This document shows positions 32,012-42,555 of a stretch of 64,000 nt of DNA, piece after piece; the stretch's first letter is position 1; the number at the start of each line of letters is the position of its first letter. The stretch comes from Blastocatellia bacterium. Its GTDB lineage: Bacteria > Acidobacteriota > Blastocatellia > UBA7656. The position numbers were made by a program, and so were the translations under genes. A model generated the notes under the pieces. That model was not told where the DNA came from. It saw only the letters and a list, made by a program, of their open reading frames with translations, and did not search any database. Where the stretch lies: NCBI GenBank assembly GCA_963737945.1, contig CAVTUR010000010.1, forward strand, positions 152,705 to 216,704, read 5' to 3'.

Positions 32012-32716
32012 TTACGCTGAAGGAGAGGGCGTGGGCGATTCTAAATCCGGAAGAACCTGGCGGTCGAAGACCTCCGCAAATCGCGAGGCGGCGATGTCGG
32101 CCACCTCGCGCAACTCAATCCGCCGACCGAGAAGGCGCGATAGCGAAGTGACCCCTTTATCAGCTATGCCACACGGTACAATCATATTGAAATAGTCGAG
32201 ATCGGTGTTCACGTTTAACGCGAATCCGTGACTTGTGATCCAACGGGCGATTCTCACACCGATGGCCCCGATCTTCTCGTTGCCGACCCAGACTCCGGTC
32301 AAGCCGGCGATTCGCGTCCCAGCGATGCCAAATTCGGCGATCGTCCGGATCAGCACTTCTTCGATATCGCGCACGTAACGGTGAACATCGCAGCGGTCCG
32401 GCTTTAGGTTGATGATCGGATAGCCCACAAGCTGGCCGGGCCCGTGATAAGTCACGTCGCCGCCGCGGCCGGTCTCGTGAACTTCAACTGAGTTGGATTG
32501 AAGCTCCTCCCGACCAGCTAGAATATTTGCGCTGTTGGCCCCACGCCCGAGAGTAAACACATGCGGGTGCTCGAGGAGAAGCAATTGCTCCGGCGCTTCA
32601 CCGGAGCGAAGTCTCTCAACTGCGCGTTCCTGCAATCGAAGGCCGTCGTCGTAGGGAACGAGGCCGAGCCATCGGGCCTCGCACCGTCGTCGAGCGTGAG
32701 ATGCGCAGATTGTCAT
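32012..32716 (-). CDS. lipB: Octanoyltransferase LipB (lipoyl(octanoyl) transferase)
   Basis: LLLLEHPHVFTLGRG, RGGDVTYHGPGQLVGYP and the catalytic Cys region IVPCGI. Confidence 0.85.
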   Translation of the reverse strand: MTICASHARRRCEARWLGLVPYDDGLRLQERAVERLRSGEAPEQLLLLEHPHVFTLGRGANSANILAGREELQSNSVEVHETGRGGDVTYHGPGQLVGYPIINLKPDRCDVHRYVRDIEEVLIRTIAEFGIAGTRIAGLTGVWVGNEKIGAIGVRIARWITSHGFALNVNTDLDYFNMIVPCGIADKGVTSLSRLLGRRIELREVADIAASRFAEVFDRQVLPDLESPTPSPSA

Positions 32717-32940
32717 CGTGAAGCTACTTCGTCAGGATGCAGTCGGGAAGGGTGGCTTGCCCCGCTGATGTTGAGACTTGGAATAGCCACGTTGCTTAGA
32801 TGCGTATGTTGTCATCGTGAAGCTACCTCGTCAGGATGCAGTCGGGAAGGGTGGCTTGCCCCCGCCGATCTTGAGACGTGGAATTGTCACATTACCGACA
32901 GCGGGGGCAAGCCACCCTTCCCGACTGCATCCTGAGTCAC
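32706..32940. repeat. About 100-bp tandem duplication covering the lipB start codon and leader, plus an inverted partial copy forming a 34-bp perfect stem
   Basis: Two direct copies (32706-32800, 32806-32895; about 90 % identity) of atgcg..ttgtcatcgtgaagctac.tcgtcaggatgcagtcgggaagggtggcttgccc. An inverted copy gcgggggcaagccacccttcccgactgcatcctg lies at 32899-32932. Confidence 0.7.
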
Positions 32941-32971
32941 ACCGCTGTTAAGGGCGCTGACTTGCTCGAGC

Positions 32972-34372
32972 TCAGCTCGTGTACTCTGCAGCTTCGATCA
33001 CATCTCGCACCGCGGCCAGGAATTGATCTGCCACAGCGCCGTCTACGATTCGGTGATCAAAGCTCAGCCCAAAGACCCCGATCTGACGAATTGCAATCGC
33101 GTCATCTACAACCACCGGACGTTTTTTGATCACGCCGACCCCGAGTATCGCGACCTGCGGTTGATTGATGATCGGCGTCCCCGCCCATCCGCCAAAAGAG
33201 CCGGGATTTGTGATGGTAAACGTTCCGCCCTGCACCTCATCAGGCTTGAGTTGTTTTCTCCGGGCGCGTTCGCCGAGATCGTTGACCGCCCTTGCTAACC
33301 CGAGCAGCGACTTCTCATCCGCGCCTCGGATGACCGGTACGATCAATCCCCAATCAAGCGCAACCGCGACGCCGATGTTGATGTCCTTTTTGTAGACTAG
33401 CTGATCCCCCCACACCGACGAGTTTATGATCGGCCACTTTTTTATGCCCTCGACCACCGCTTTGATGATGAACGGCATGAAAGTCAGCTTGACCCCGTCG
33501 CGACCAAATTCGCCTTTCAGCCCGTCGCGGAGCTTTGAGGTCTTGGTGAAATCGACTTCCATGAACGAGGTGACGTGCGCGGAGATGTGGCGGCTCTCGA
33601 CCATTCGCTCGGCGATTCGACGGCGCATGATCGACATGGGCTCGATTTCAACACGGTCGCCCTCCGCGAATGGCTGAGGGCCGGGTTCATCGGCCTGAGC
33701 CGCGACCGGTGCACGCTGTGGCTGGGGAGAGCGCGGTGGCGAAGCCGGAATTGCAGCCGCCAGAGCCGGCGCAGTTGCCGCTGGTTCCGCTTTGGCCGTA
33801 GCTCCGCGAGTCTCCATGAAGCTGAGAATATCCTGCTTTGTTACCCGGCCGCTGATCCCTGTGCCTTCGATCTGCGAGATATCGATACCGTGTTCTTCGG
33901 CGATCTTCCGAACCAGCGGCGATGAACGCGTGCGGCGCAAATCTTCGTTTGAAGAAGCCTCCGCGCCGGCAGTCGGAGCAGGCGCGGCCACTGCGGGAGC
34001 CGGCGGCTCGACGGCGGACGGCTGTGCAGCCGCGGGCGATGCCGGAGGCGGCTCAGACTGTGTGGGCCCGGGCTCTTCCTTTGGCGGTGCTGGTAATTCC
34101 TTAGGAGCTTCCGCAACCGCCGGCTTTGCCCCGCCTCCGCCGTTGATTACCGCGACAACGGTATTGACCGCGACGGTCTCGCCTTCCTGCACCATTATTT
34201 CCGAAAGCACACCAGAAGTTGGCGAAGGAATCTCGGCATCGACCTTATCGGTCGAGATCTCAAACAGCGGTTCGTCGCGTTTGACAGAGTCGCCGACGTG
34301 CTTGAGCCATTTTACGATCGTTCCTTCGGCGATGGATTCGCCCATCTGTGGCATCTTTACTTCTTCGCTCAT
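32972..34372 (-). CDS. Dihydrolipoamide acyltransferase, E2 component of a 2-oxoacid dehydrogenase complex
   Basis: Lipoyl domain MPQMGESIAEGTIVKWLKHVGD…ISTDKVDAEIPSP. Ala/Pro linker, E3-binding domain and catalytic DHRIVDGA motif. Confidence 0.85.
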   Translation of the reverse strand: MSEEVKMPQMGESIAEGTIVKWLKHVGDSVKRDEPLFEISTDKVDAEIPSPTSGVLSEIMVQEGETVAVNTVVAVINGGGGAKPAVAEAPKELPAPPKEEPGPTQSEPPPASPAAAQPSAVEPPAPAVAAPAPTAGAEASSNEDLRRTRSSPLVRKIAEEHGIDISQIEGTGISGRVTKQDILSFMETRGATAKAEPAATAPALAAAIPASPPRSPQPQRAPVAAQADEPGPQPFAEGDRVEIEPMSIMRRRIAERMVESRHISAHVTSFMEVDFTKTSKLRDGLKGEFGRDGVKLTFMPFIIKAVVEGIKKWPIINSSVWGDQLVYKKDINIGVAVALDWGLIVPVIRGADEKSLLGLARAVNDLGERARRKQLKPDEVQGGTFTITNPGSFGGWAGTPIINQPQVAILGVGVIKKRPVVVDDAIAIRQIGVFGLSFDHRIVDGAVADQFLAAVRDVIEAAEYTS

Positions 34373-34389
34373 AGTTCTCCAATCTGATT

Positions 34390-34480
34390 GGTCCGTAGTC
34401 CGTAGTTCGTAGTCCGTAGTCCGTAGCTAACTAGCACGACGTGCGTCACCACGGACTACGGACTACTGACTACGGACTAC
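34390..34480. repeat. 9-mer-array palindrome (gtccgtagt x4-5 … actacggac x4) between the E1-beta and E2 genes
   Basis: ggtccgtagtccgtagttcgtagtccgtagtccgtag … cacggactacggactactgactacggactac. The right arm overlaps the last codons of E1-beta. Related motif at 42460-42555. Confidence 0.65.
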
Positions 34481-35463
34481 TCTCAATACGCTATCAGCGC
34501 ACGAGCAGCCTTCACGACATCGTCCACCTGCCGGCATGAAGAATTCTTCAAGCGGCGGCGCGTAGGGAACCGGCGTGTCAATCGACGTAACTCGCATCAC
34601 CGGGCCGTCAAGGTACTCGAACGCCTCTTCGTTGATCACCGATGTCAACTCGCCTGCCATGCCACCTGTGCGGGTCGCTTCGTGCAATATGATGACCTTG
34701 CTGGTTTTCTTCACCGATTCCAGGACGGCTTCGCGGTCGAACGGCAAAAGCGTCCTCAAGTCGACGATCTCTGCGTCGATTCCCTCTTCCTTCAACCTGT
34801 CGGCCGCATCAAGCGCCGTGTAAACCATCGCGCCGTATGTGATGATCGAAAGGTCGCGGCCCTCGCGACGGATCGCCGCCTTGCCGATCGGCACGATATA
34901 GTCATCCGTCGGCAATTCCTGCTTGATCTTTGGATTGCGGTACAGGAATTTGTGCTCGAAGAACAGCACAGGATCTTCGTCGCGAATAGCCGCCTTAATC
35001 AAGCCCTTCGCGTCATACGGCGTCGAAGGCTCGACCATCTTTAAGCCCGGTGTGTTGAGAAAGAACGACTCGACGTTCTGCGAGTGGAAGGGCCCGCCGT
35101 GCACACCTCCGCCGCAGGGTCCGCGAACCACCATCGGAATACCGATGCCCTGACGATAGCGGCTTGTCGCAGCATATTCGTCAAGATATCGAAGCAGCAA
35201 GAGATGAAATCTATGAATTGCATCTCAGCTACGGGCCGCATTCCCATCATTGCGGCGCCGCAGGCCGCTCCGACGATGGCCGATTCCGAGATCGGAGTGT
35301 CGATGACTCGCTGTTCACCAAATCGGCCCACAAAACCCTCGGTCACTTTGAAGGCGCCGCCGTAGACGCCAATGTCTTCGCCGAGAAGAAAAACACGGTC
35401 ATCGCGCTCCATCTCTTCCCAGAGCCCCTGGCGTATCGCTTCGAGTAGTGTGATCGCTGCCAT
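34463..35463 (-). CDS. 2-oxoacid dehydrogenase E1 component beta subunit (transketolase-like); apparent frameshifts (~35190 and near the C-terminus)
   Basis: MAAITLLEAIRQGLWEEMERDDRVFLLGEDIGVYGGAFKVTEGF… followed by …FHSQNVESFFLNTPGLKMVEPSTPYDAKGLIKAAIRDEDPVLFFEHK… in a second frame. Confidence 0.75.
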
Positions 35464-35541
35464 AGTTAATTGCGATGGGTCAAACGCAAAGCGTGATCGG
35501 GTCAGATACGTTTCACGTTTCACTTGTCGCTCACCACTTCC

Positions 35542-36549
35542 CTTCATTCTTCGCTTCCAGCGCCGATTGCTTTCGGCTTCGCCTCGCCGGCATAGACGCC
35601 GCCCAACGCGTCCTCGGGAGCTGGAGACGGTTGGGACTCAGCCCAGGCCAATTCTTCATCCAGCAGTTTCTCGACACTTTGTTAACCTGCTCGAGATCAC
35701 CATCGCTCGCCGTCTGCTATCCTTCAAAGCCTTTTCCAGGTGCGCGATCGGATCACGTTTGCTCCATTGATCGAGCACTTCCTTCGCAACATACGATTGA
35801 TTGTCGTGCGCCGCGTGACCTCGCATCCGAAAGGTCTTGGCCTCTATGAAGGTCGGCCCGCCGTCATCCCGAGCTCGATCCACCGCTCGGCGAGCTGAAC
35901 CATATACCGCAAGGACATCGTTCCCGTCTACGATTTCGCTCGGCATCCCGTAAGCCTTCACACGGTCAGCAAGATTCAGAATCCTCATCTGCTTCGTGGT
36001 GGGTGTGGTATATGCATACGAATTGTTCTCGCCGACGATCACCAAAGGCAGGTTCTGGACGGCGGCGAAGTTCGCCGCCTCATGAAACGCGCCGGTGCTC
36101 GTTCCGCCGTCGCCGATATACACCATCCCGACGGACTTCTTTTTCTGCAATCGGCTCGCGAGCATGACTCCGTTCATCACCGCGATCAGAGTCCCGAGCG
36201 GACTGATCGTCCCGATGAATCCGCGTTTCAGATCGGTGATATGTATGTTCTGATCGCGGCCCCGCGAGAGCGACGTCGACCGCCACAAATAGCTCGAAAA
36301 TACCTCACGAGGCAATGCCCCCTTCACGAGCAATGCACCCAGGTCACGCGTCAGGGGCGAAAGCATATCACCCAGTTCCCCGTCGAGCGCGTACGCAGTA
36401 CCGACCGCGGTCGCTTCCTGACCGAGGCTGCGAAAGAGTCCGCCAACGATCTTGCCCTGCTTGTAGAGGTTGTCAAGGCGGTCCTCAAGCGAGCGCGTCA
36501 GCCGCATGAAGAACAGCAGTTCGAGTTGTTGGCGCTTATCGAGTTCCAT
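35542..36549 (-). CDS. 2-oxoacid dehydrogenase E1 component alpha subunit (TPP-dependent); two apparent frameshifts near the C-terminus (~35680-35720)
   Basis: TPP motif YIGDGGTSTGAFHEAANFAAVQNLPLVIVGENNSYA. The C-terminal tail …EKLLDEELAWAESQPSPAPEDALGGVYAGE… lies in a shifted frame. Confidence 0.75.
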
Positions 36550-36556
36550 CGCGATA

Positions 36557-36630
36557 GTTTCTGGTTTCTCAGTTTCCAGTTTTCGGTTTCAAGTTCCCAT
36601 CCAGAAACGACAAACCAGAAACCAGAAACG
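36557..36630. repeat. Heptamer-array palindrome gtttctggtttctcagtttccagttttcggtttc … ccagaaacgacaaaccagaaaccagaaacg between lpd and E1-alpha
   Basis: Same gtttctg/cagaaac unit family as 23857-23926. Confidence 0.65.
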
Positions 36631-36634
36631 TCTT

Positions 36635-38042
36635 CTAAACATGAATAACCATTCCGTGCGCGTCTTCGAACGCTTCGTGCAGGCTCTCGGACACGGTCGG
36701 GTGCGCGTGCATGGTGTTTATCAACTCTTCAACCGTTGATTCCATCTGCAATGCGACGCAGCCTTCGACGATCAACTCCGTAGCGTGCGGGCCGATCAGG
36801 TGTACGCCCAGCACTTCATCATAGCGCGCGTCGCTCACAACCTTCACCAAACCTTCAGTCGCCCCAAGGATCTGCGCCTTAGCGATAACCGGAATCGGGA
36901 AGCGCCCGATCTTTACGTCGTATCCACGCTCGCGAGCCTTCGCTTCGGTCAAACCCACGCTCGCTACCTCAGGCTGGCAATAAGTACACCCGGGCACGTG
37001 ATCATAATTGATGGCACGCGGGTTTTTTCCGGCGATCGTTTCGACGGCCAGGATGCCTTCGGCAGACGCAACGTGAGCGAGCCACGGCGTCGGAATCACA
37101 TCACCGATCGCGTATACGTTCGGTTCAGAGGTGCGCATGTGATCGTCGATCTTTATGTACCCCTTCTCCAATTCGACCCGGGTGTTTTCAAGCCCAAGCC
37201 CGTCGGTGTAAGCGCGCCGTCCGACCGCGACCAGGAATTTCTCCCCGATGAACTCGCGGTCCTCGTCGTTGATTTGCGCAATAACTCTCACCGTTCCGTT
37301 TTCGATGACCGCTGACTTGAAATTCGCGCTGGTGAATGCCTTGATTCCCTGTTTCTTGAATGACTTTGCGAGTTCGGCGCTGATCTCCTCGTCTTCAATC
37401 GGCAATAAGCGTGGGAGCAACTCGAGGATCGTCACATCGGTTCCAAACCGGGCGAACATCGAGGCGAACTCCACTCCTACCGCTCCGGCGCCAAGCACGA
37501 TCAGCGATTTGGGGATCTCCTTCAGCTCGAGTATCTCGTCGCTGGTGATAATCCGCTGGCCATCGATGGGAAGGCTTGGAAATGACCGGGGAACTGAACC
37601 CGTAGCGACCACGATATTCTTAGTGAGGACTCGTCTGCGTCGAGTTGTCTGCTGCGGTCACCGTAATGCGGCCCGGGCCTTCGATGTGCGCACTTCCCTT
37701 GAAAACCTGTACTTTGTTTTTGCGCATCAGAAACTCGACGCCCTTGGCGAGCTTCAACACGACTTTTCCTTTGCGCTTTTGGGCCTGGTCGAAATCCAGC
37801 GAGACGGGCCCCGCGACGATACCGTGCTCTTTGGCATGCTTGAACTCGTCCAGTAGATCCGCGGTGTGTAGCAGCGACTTGGTAGGGATGCAGCCGCGCA
37901 AAAGGCAGGTGCCGCCAAGGTTCTTGTCTTTCTCGATGATTGCGGTTCTTAAGCCTAGCTGACCTGCTCGAATGGCCGCTACGTAGCCGCCCGGCCCCGC
38001 CCCGATGATCGTGACGTCAAACGCTTCGTTGGTTGAACTCAA
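36635..38042 (-). CDS. lpd: Dihydrolipoyl dehydrogenase (E3, Lpd); one apparent single-base deletion near 37615
   Basis: FAD motif DVTIIGAGPGGYVAA, redox-active GGTCLLRGCIPTK, NAD motif LIVLGAGAVGVEFA, C-terminal HAHPTVSE dimerisation motif. N-terminal 140 aa and C-terminal 325 aa lie in adjacent frames. Confidence 0.8.
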
Positions 38043-38069
38043 TTAATCCGGCTCCTCCCCGGCGCGCGC

Positions 38070-38384
38070 TCAATCCAGCGCGATCTGTACTTCTTCTCCT
38101 TCAACTCGCACTTCGAACTTTTCCACCTTGGCCATCGAGTCGATCGGCGATGCGCCGGTAGCGAGGCTATAAATCCATCCGTGCCACGGACACTGGACTG
38201 TCAAATTCTTCTGATCGACGAATCCTTCACCCAAAGGTCCGCCTCTGTGCATGCAGATGTTGTCGAGAGCGAAGATCTCTCCATTGACGTTGAAAACAGC
38301 GATAGTTCGGCCACCGACTTCCACGACCACTGCGCCCCCCGCCGGAAGATCGGATGTGTTTGCAATCCTGGTAAACTCAGACAT
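38070..38384 (-). CDS. Rieske (2Fe-2S) ferredoxin-like protein
   Basis: CxH…CxxH ligands: NICMHRGGPL and CPWHGW; about 105 aa. Confidence 0.75.
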   Translation of the reverse strand: MSEFTRIANTSDLPAGGAVVVEVGGRTIAVFNVNGEIFALDNICMHRGGPLGEGFVDQKNLTVQCPWHGWIYSLATGASPIDSMAKVEKFEVRVEGEEVQIALD

Positions 38385-38677
38385 TGTAACTCCCGGCGGT
38401 GACCTGCAAGCGCTTCGATGGTCAAGATTGGTCAATATGCCGTTGTATTCAGAATGAAGCATCTTAGCAACCCGCAGCTCGAGGTTTCAAGTTGTATTGC
38501 CTGGCGCTCAAGCATGAAACAGTAGTTGCCAATTGAACGTTCATCGAATGAAAGCGGCCAGGCATCGCGTCAATGATGGTAGGTGAATTTTCCGGTCCTC
38601 GCACTCAAGGGCGCCAAACAAGCCCGTCGAGCGCAGAGTTTGTCTTTTGGCAACCGGAAACAGGAGGAATTGCAGTA

Positions 38678-38968
38678 ATGGCAGCGACATTTGGAAACCA
38701 TATCGCGCCTGAGAGTCTGAAACTGATGCTTCTGGCCTACGGCATGGACCACGCCTATCGAGTTGTCAGCCTCGAAGAAATCGCTCACTCGATACCGTAC
38801 GGGCGCAGGGATGAGGTTAGGAGCATGCTCGAGGAACTGGCCCAGGAAGGTCTGGTCACAAGGTTTTCCGGCCGCTACTGTTTTAACAAGGCGATCCCGT
38901 CAGGACTGCGACACACTATCGAACGACTAATCACACCAAGTGGGACAATCCGGCAGCGAACTACTTGA
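38678..38968 (+). CDS. Small hypothetical protein, possible winged-helix DNA-binding fold
   Basis: Strong aggagg RBS 8 nt before the ATG at 38678. 96 aa: MAATFGNHIAPESLKLMLLAYG…SMLEELAQEGLVTRFSGRY. Confidence 0.45.
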   Translation: MAATFGNHIAPESLKLMLLAYGMDHAYRVVSLEEIAHSIPYGRRDEVRSMLEELAQEGLVTRFSGRYCFNKAIPSGLRHTIERLITPSGTIRQRTT

Positions 38969-40747
38969 CCTTCTTCAGGATCCAGTTAGATTCGTCGAGG
39001 CCGACGCTAACCGGTTGCTTGGATACAACAAATGTGAATCGCTGCTTGCGGGTGTCGTTAAACACAACGCGCGTTTCACTTGTGCCATCGGAATAGTGAA
39101 TCGTTACATCAAGAGGCATGATGTAATTCCCGTTTTCCCGTCCCGGAATCGCCGGCAATTGCTTCTGTTTGACCACGAGGGCCACCGTAAAGTTCCCGGA
39201 CGCATCTGCCGAGCTGATATCGGGTGACATTTTGTAAACCGGCCGGCCGGGCGCGTAGATCCATTGCTTGAAGAACCAGTCCAGCGAAGCTCCATAGAAT
39301 TCCTCGCAAACCTCCTGGAAGTCTTCTGTTGAAGCGTTTGAGAAGGCATAGCGGCTGCCATACTGCTTCAACGCATTGAAGAACTTCTGGTCCCCGAGCA
39401 CATGCCTCAGCATATGCAGCGCCCATCCGCCCTTCCTGTAGATCGCGCCGTTATCATCAAAGGGAGCATTGGGGTTCTCCGCGGTTACGGTTCCGCCCAG
39501 CGCCCCGTCCACGACGCCGTCGTCGTAGCTTCTGGCCAACAACTCCCCCGGATCCATACCCGCGAAACGCTCGAAAAAGAGCACCTCTGAATAGGTGGCG
39601 AATCCTTCGTTCAGCCAGATGTCATTCCAGGTCCTCATGGTCACCAGATCGCCCCACCAGTGGTGCGCCAATTCGTGAACGATCGTCGCCTGGTTGCTAC
39701 TGGTAGCCGAGGCTACGAGCGAAGAGCTTATGCTGGTGATCGTTTGATGCTCCATCGCACCGCCAAACGGCCATTCTCCCATCCGTACTTCTCGCCCAAA
39801 AACGGATACTCGCCAAACAGCGCCGCGTAGATCTCCATCGCGGGACGCACGACGCCGAACTTCGCTCTTGCAGGCTCCAGATGTTCGGGGTAGACGTAGA
39901 ACAAGAGTGGCATTTCCGTCACTCCATCAAGTGCGGTGTAGCTGTCCTCGAGTTTCTCGTAGTTGGTAGCAGCAACCGAGACCAGATAAGTCGAAAGCGG
40001 CGAGTCCTCGCGCCAGAAATAGGTAACGGTATGATCCGGATTCGCCTGGGCTCTATCCAGCACTCCGTTTGAAGCTGCCTGATTGCCTTCGGGCACGGTG
40101 ACTTCAACTTCGACGGTGGCTTTGTCCGCAGGATTGTCCACGCAAGGCCACCATAGCGGGGCACCAAAAGGCTCGCTGAAGCTCGCCATAACCGGCAGGA
40201 AATTGGGTCCGTGGCGAGTAAAAAGAAGTCCCTGACCGCTGAGACCTGATCCTGGTCCTTGATATTGGATTACTACCGCGAACGGCGTTCCGGGTGAAAC
40301 AGGAGCGGGGAAAGGAATCACGATGCGCGCGTTTTTCCGGCGAAAGTTGTTCGTGGCCGCGTTCAGCGTAACCGATTCGATATTCAGATTTGGCTGGGCA
40401 TCGACATTGATGGCGCTGACGGTCGCGGTTGTTTCACCCAGGATGGTAACCGTGCCTGTGATGATGCCCTCGGTACCGAGCTCGTTAGGCGTCAGTTGAA
40501 GCTGCAGGCTGTAATGCTTGACATCGATCGATTGCGGGTCGATTGAGGCCGCGACCACCGAGGACAACGCAAAGATACGCTGCTGGTTCGAGCCTTTCTC
40601 AACCGACTCGTGATCGAGCCGGATGCTTTCAAAAATCGATCCCTGATTCTGAGCAGACGAGGGGACGCAGGGAGCGCACAGAATAGAAGGCCATGAAGGC
40701 CAAACAGGCGTATCGTGACGGGATAATGCTACCTCCTGAAAAAGCAT
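38961..40747 (-). CDS. M1-family zinc aminopeptidase (aminopeptidase N / LTA4-hydrolase-like, about 595 aa); apparent frameshift near 39750; N-terminus uncertain
   Basis: GAMEH (GxMEN-like) motif. HELAHHWWGD…WLNEGFATY zinc-binding motif. Split across ORFs 39728-40747 and 38961-39782. Confidence 0.75.
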
Positions 40748-40815
40748 GGAGTACAGGCTTTAGCCTGCCTTCCGATGCGACAAGAAAAGACCAGGCTAAA
40801 GCCTGAACTCCATGC
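40744..40815. repeat. Second copy of the gcatggag…caggctttagcctg palindromic element (copy 1 at 6852-6929)
   Basis: gcatggagtacaggctttagcctgcc … ccaggctaaagcctgaactccatgc. Overlaps the predicted ATG of the M1 peptidase gene. Confidence 0.7.
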
Positions 40816-40842
40816 CCCTTTTCCCGGAATCTCTTCAGCTGC

Positions 40843-42438
40843 CTATTGACGCTTATCCACGACGAGCCGATGATCCAGATTGGCAACTCGCCAGCCAGTT
40901 GCGAAGATCATCCGGTCAATCCGTTCCATCTTTTCGAAGTCGATCTTCTCAACTACATCGGTCGTCCTGTGGTAGTCGCGGTGCACCCCGGTGAAATAGA
41001 AAATAATCGGTATGCCATGCTTGGCGTAGTTGTAGTGGTCGGAGCGGTAGTAAAACCGCTCGGGGTGCTTCTCGTCGTTGTAGGTGTAGTCGAATTTCAG
41101 CCGCGCCGTGGCAAGATTGGTCTCTTCGTTCAGTGTGTTCAACTCGGTTGAAAGCTTGTCCGCCCCGATGATGTAGATGGAGTCCTTATCTGTCAGATAA
41201 CGGTCGCGCGGATCATCGTCACCCGCGGGCCGGCTGCGGCCCACCATATCGATGTTGAAATCGGCGACCAGCTTGTGAAGCGGCACGACGGGTTCGTAGT
41301 CGGTATTGTACTCGGAACCGAACAGCCCCAGCTCTTCGCCCGTGTGAAAAATGACCAGAATCGACCGTTTGGGGCGAGGACCCAGGGAAAACGCCTGGGC
41401 GATCTCCAGAACGGACACCGTTCCGGACCCATCATCGTCCGCGCCGCGATAGACTTCTCCCTTGTCGCCGGTCTTCAAGTGATCATAATGTGCACTGAAG
41501 ACTACGTACTCGTCCTTGAGTTTCGGATCGGCACCGTCGAGTATTCCCGCTACGTTTTGAGCGGGAGGCGCTTCCTTCACATCGACGCGAACCTTGATCT
41601 CGGCGGTCGCCGGCAGCTGCGCCGGTTTGACCTTGCTCGCATGCGTGATCAGGTCGGAGTTCTCTTTCCCCATCGCCTTGGCGATCGCTTTTAGTAGCTC
41701 AGGCCCCGCTGAAATTTCGGGCAAGCCTTTCCCGGATACCGAAGTCCTGGGCGGTAAACCCAACTGCTGCGAGCCGCCCAGGTATGCCTTGATCTGATCC
41801 CAACTGAGCAAGGTTTGCGGATCGGGAATTCTGATGGCACCAATCGCCCCGTGCGCCAGGGCCGCCGCCTCCCCCTGCTCGTCATCGTTCAACCTGGTAA
41901 TCTTGAGCGATTCGGGCGTGCCGTTCGCGATCACTACGATCTTGCCCTTAGTAGTAAGGCCCGCGTAATCATCATAGTTGTTCCTCGGCGATGAAACTCC
42001 ATATCCGACATACACGAGCCCGCCGCTGATGTTCATATCGGTCGGAACGTCCGCGAGAAAAGCGTCCGCATAGCTAAACTCGCGCTTCGTGCCTCCGATG
42101 TTGAGCGTCACTCGGCTCGCGGCGCGATCCACGTCGCGAAAACTGAGGGGCACTCGTTGAAGAAACGAGCCGTCTCGCGCCGCGCCGCGATAGCCGTAGG
42201 ATTCGAGTTGGGAAGCTAGATAGCGCGCAGCCACCCGGTTCGAGGGACTCAGCGTATATCGCCCGCCCAGTTCCTCCGACGCGAGAAAACTAAGATGCTT
42301 TTTTAGATCGCGCGTCGTTATGCTCGACGTTGCTTCGGGGGTCGGAAGCGGCAGATTTGAAGCGCTCGCCGCAGCAATAATGACGGCGGCAAGCACAAAA
42401 ACGGCAAGTGCTCGTTTTGACGAATGACGAGGGTTCAT
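40843..42438 (-). CDS. Secreted M28-family zinc aminopeptidase with PA domain
   Basis: Signal peptide MNPRHSSKRALAVFVLAAVIIAAASA. M28 metal ligands HYDH, DDDGSG, GEELGLFGS. Confidence 0.8.
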   Translation of the reverse strand: MNPRHSSKRALAVFVLAAVIIAAASASNLPLPTPEATSSITTRDLKKHLSFLASEELGGRYTLSPSNRVAARYLASQLESYGYRGAARDGSFLQRVPLSFRDVDRAASRVTLNIGGTKREFSYADAFLADVPTDMNISGGLVYVGYGVSSPRNNYDDYAGLTTKGKIVVIANGTPESLKITRLNDDEQGEAAALAHGAIGAIRIPDPQTLLSWDQIKAYLGGSQQLGLPPRTSVSGKGLPEISAGPELLKAIAKAMGKENSDLITHASKVKPAQLPATAEIKVRVDVKEAPPAQNVAGILDGADPKLKDEYVVFSAHYDHLKTGDKGEVYRGADDDGSGTVSVLEIAQAFSLGPRPKRSILVIFHTGEELGLFGSEYNTDYEPVVPLHKLVADFNIDMVGRSRPAGDDDPRDRYLTDKDSIYIIGADKLSTELNTLNEETNLATARLKFDYTYNDEKHPERFYYRSDHYNYAKHGIPIIFYFTGVHRDYHRTTDVVEKIDFEKMERIDRMIFATGWRVANLDHRLVVDKRQ

Positions 42439-42459
42439 CAAGCTCCTTCTGGTGGTCCG

Positions 42460-42555
42460 CAGTCTGTGGTCGTAGTCCGTGATCCGCTGAGGAGGGGAGG
42501 AACTACGGGTTCTGACTACCGACTTCTTACTTCTTGGCTTCCGCCTACGGACTGT
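42460..42555. repeat. gtagtccgt/acggactac-motif repeat cluster between the M28 and M16 genes
   Basis: ggtcgtagtccgtgatccgc … ggaactacgggttctgactaccgac … cgcctacggactg. Related to the 9-mer array at 34390-34480. Confidence 0.5.

Noticed and set aside
33792-34412. 206-aa plus ORF over the E2 gene
   Set aside because: Ala/Gly/Ser low-complexity mirror of the E2 Ala/Pro linker on the opposite strand.
35475-35849. 124-aa plus ORF between E1-beta and E1-alpha
   Set aside because: Lies antisense to the frameshifted C-terminus of E1-alpha, and its translation lacks any domain features.
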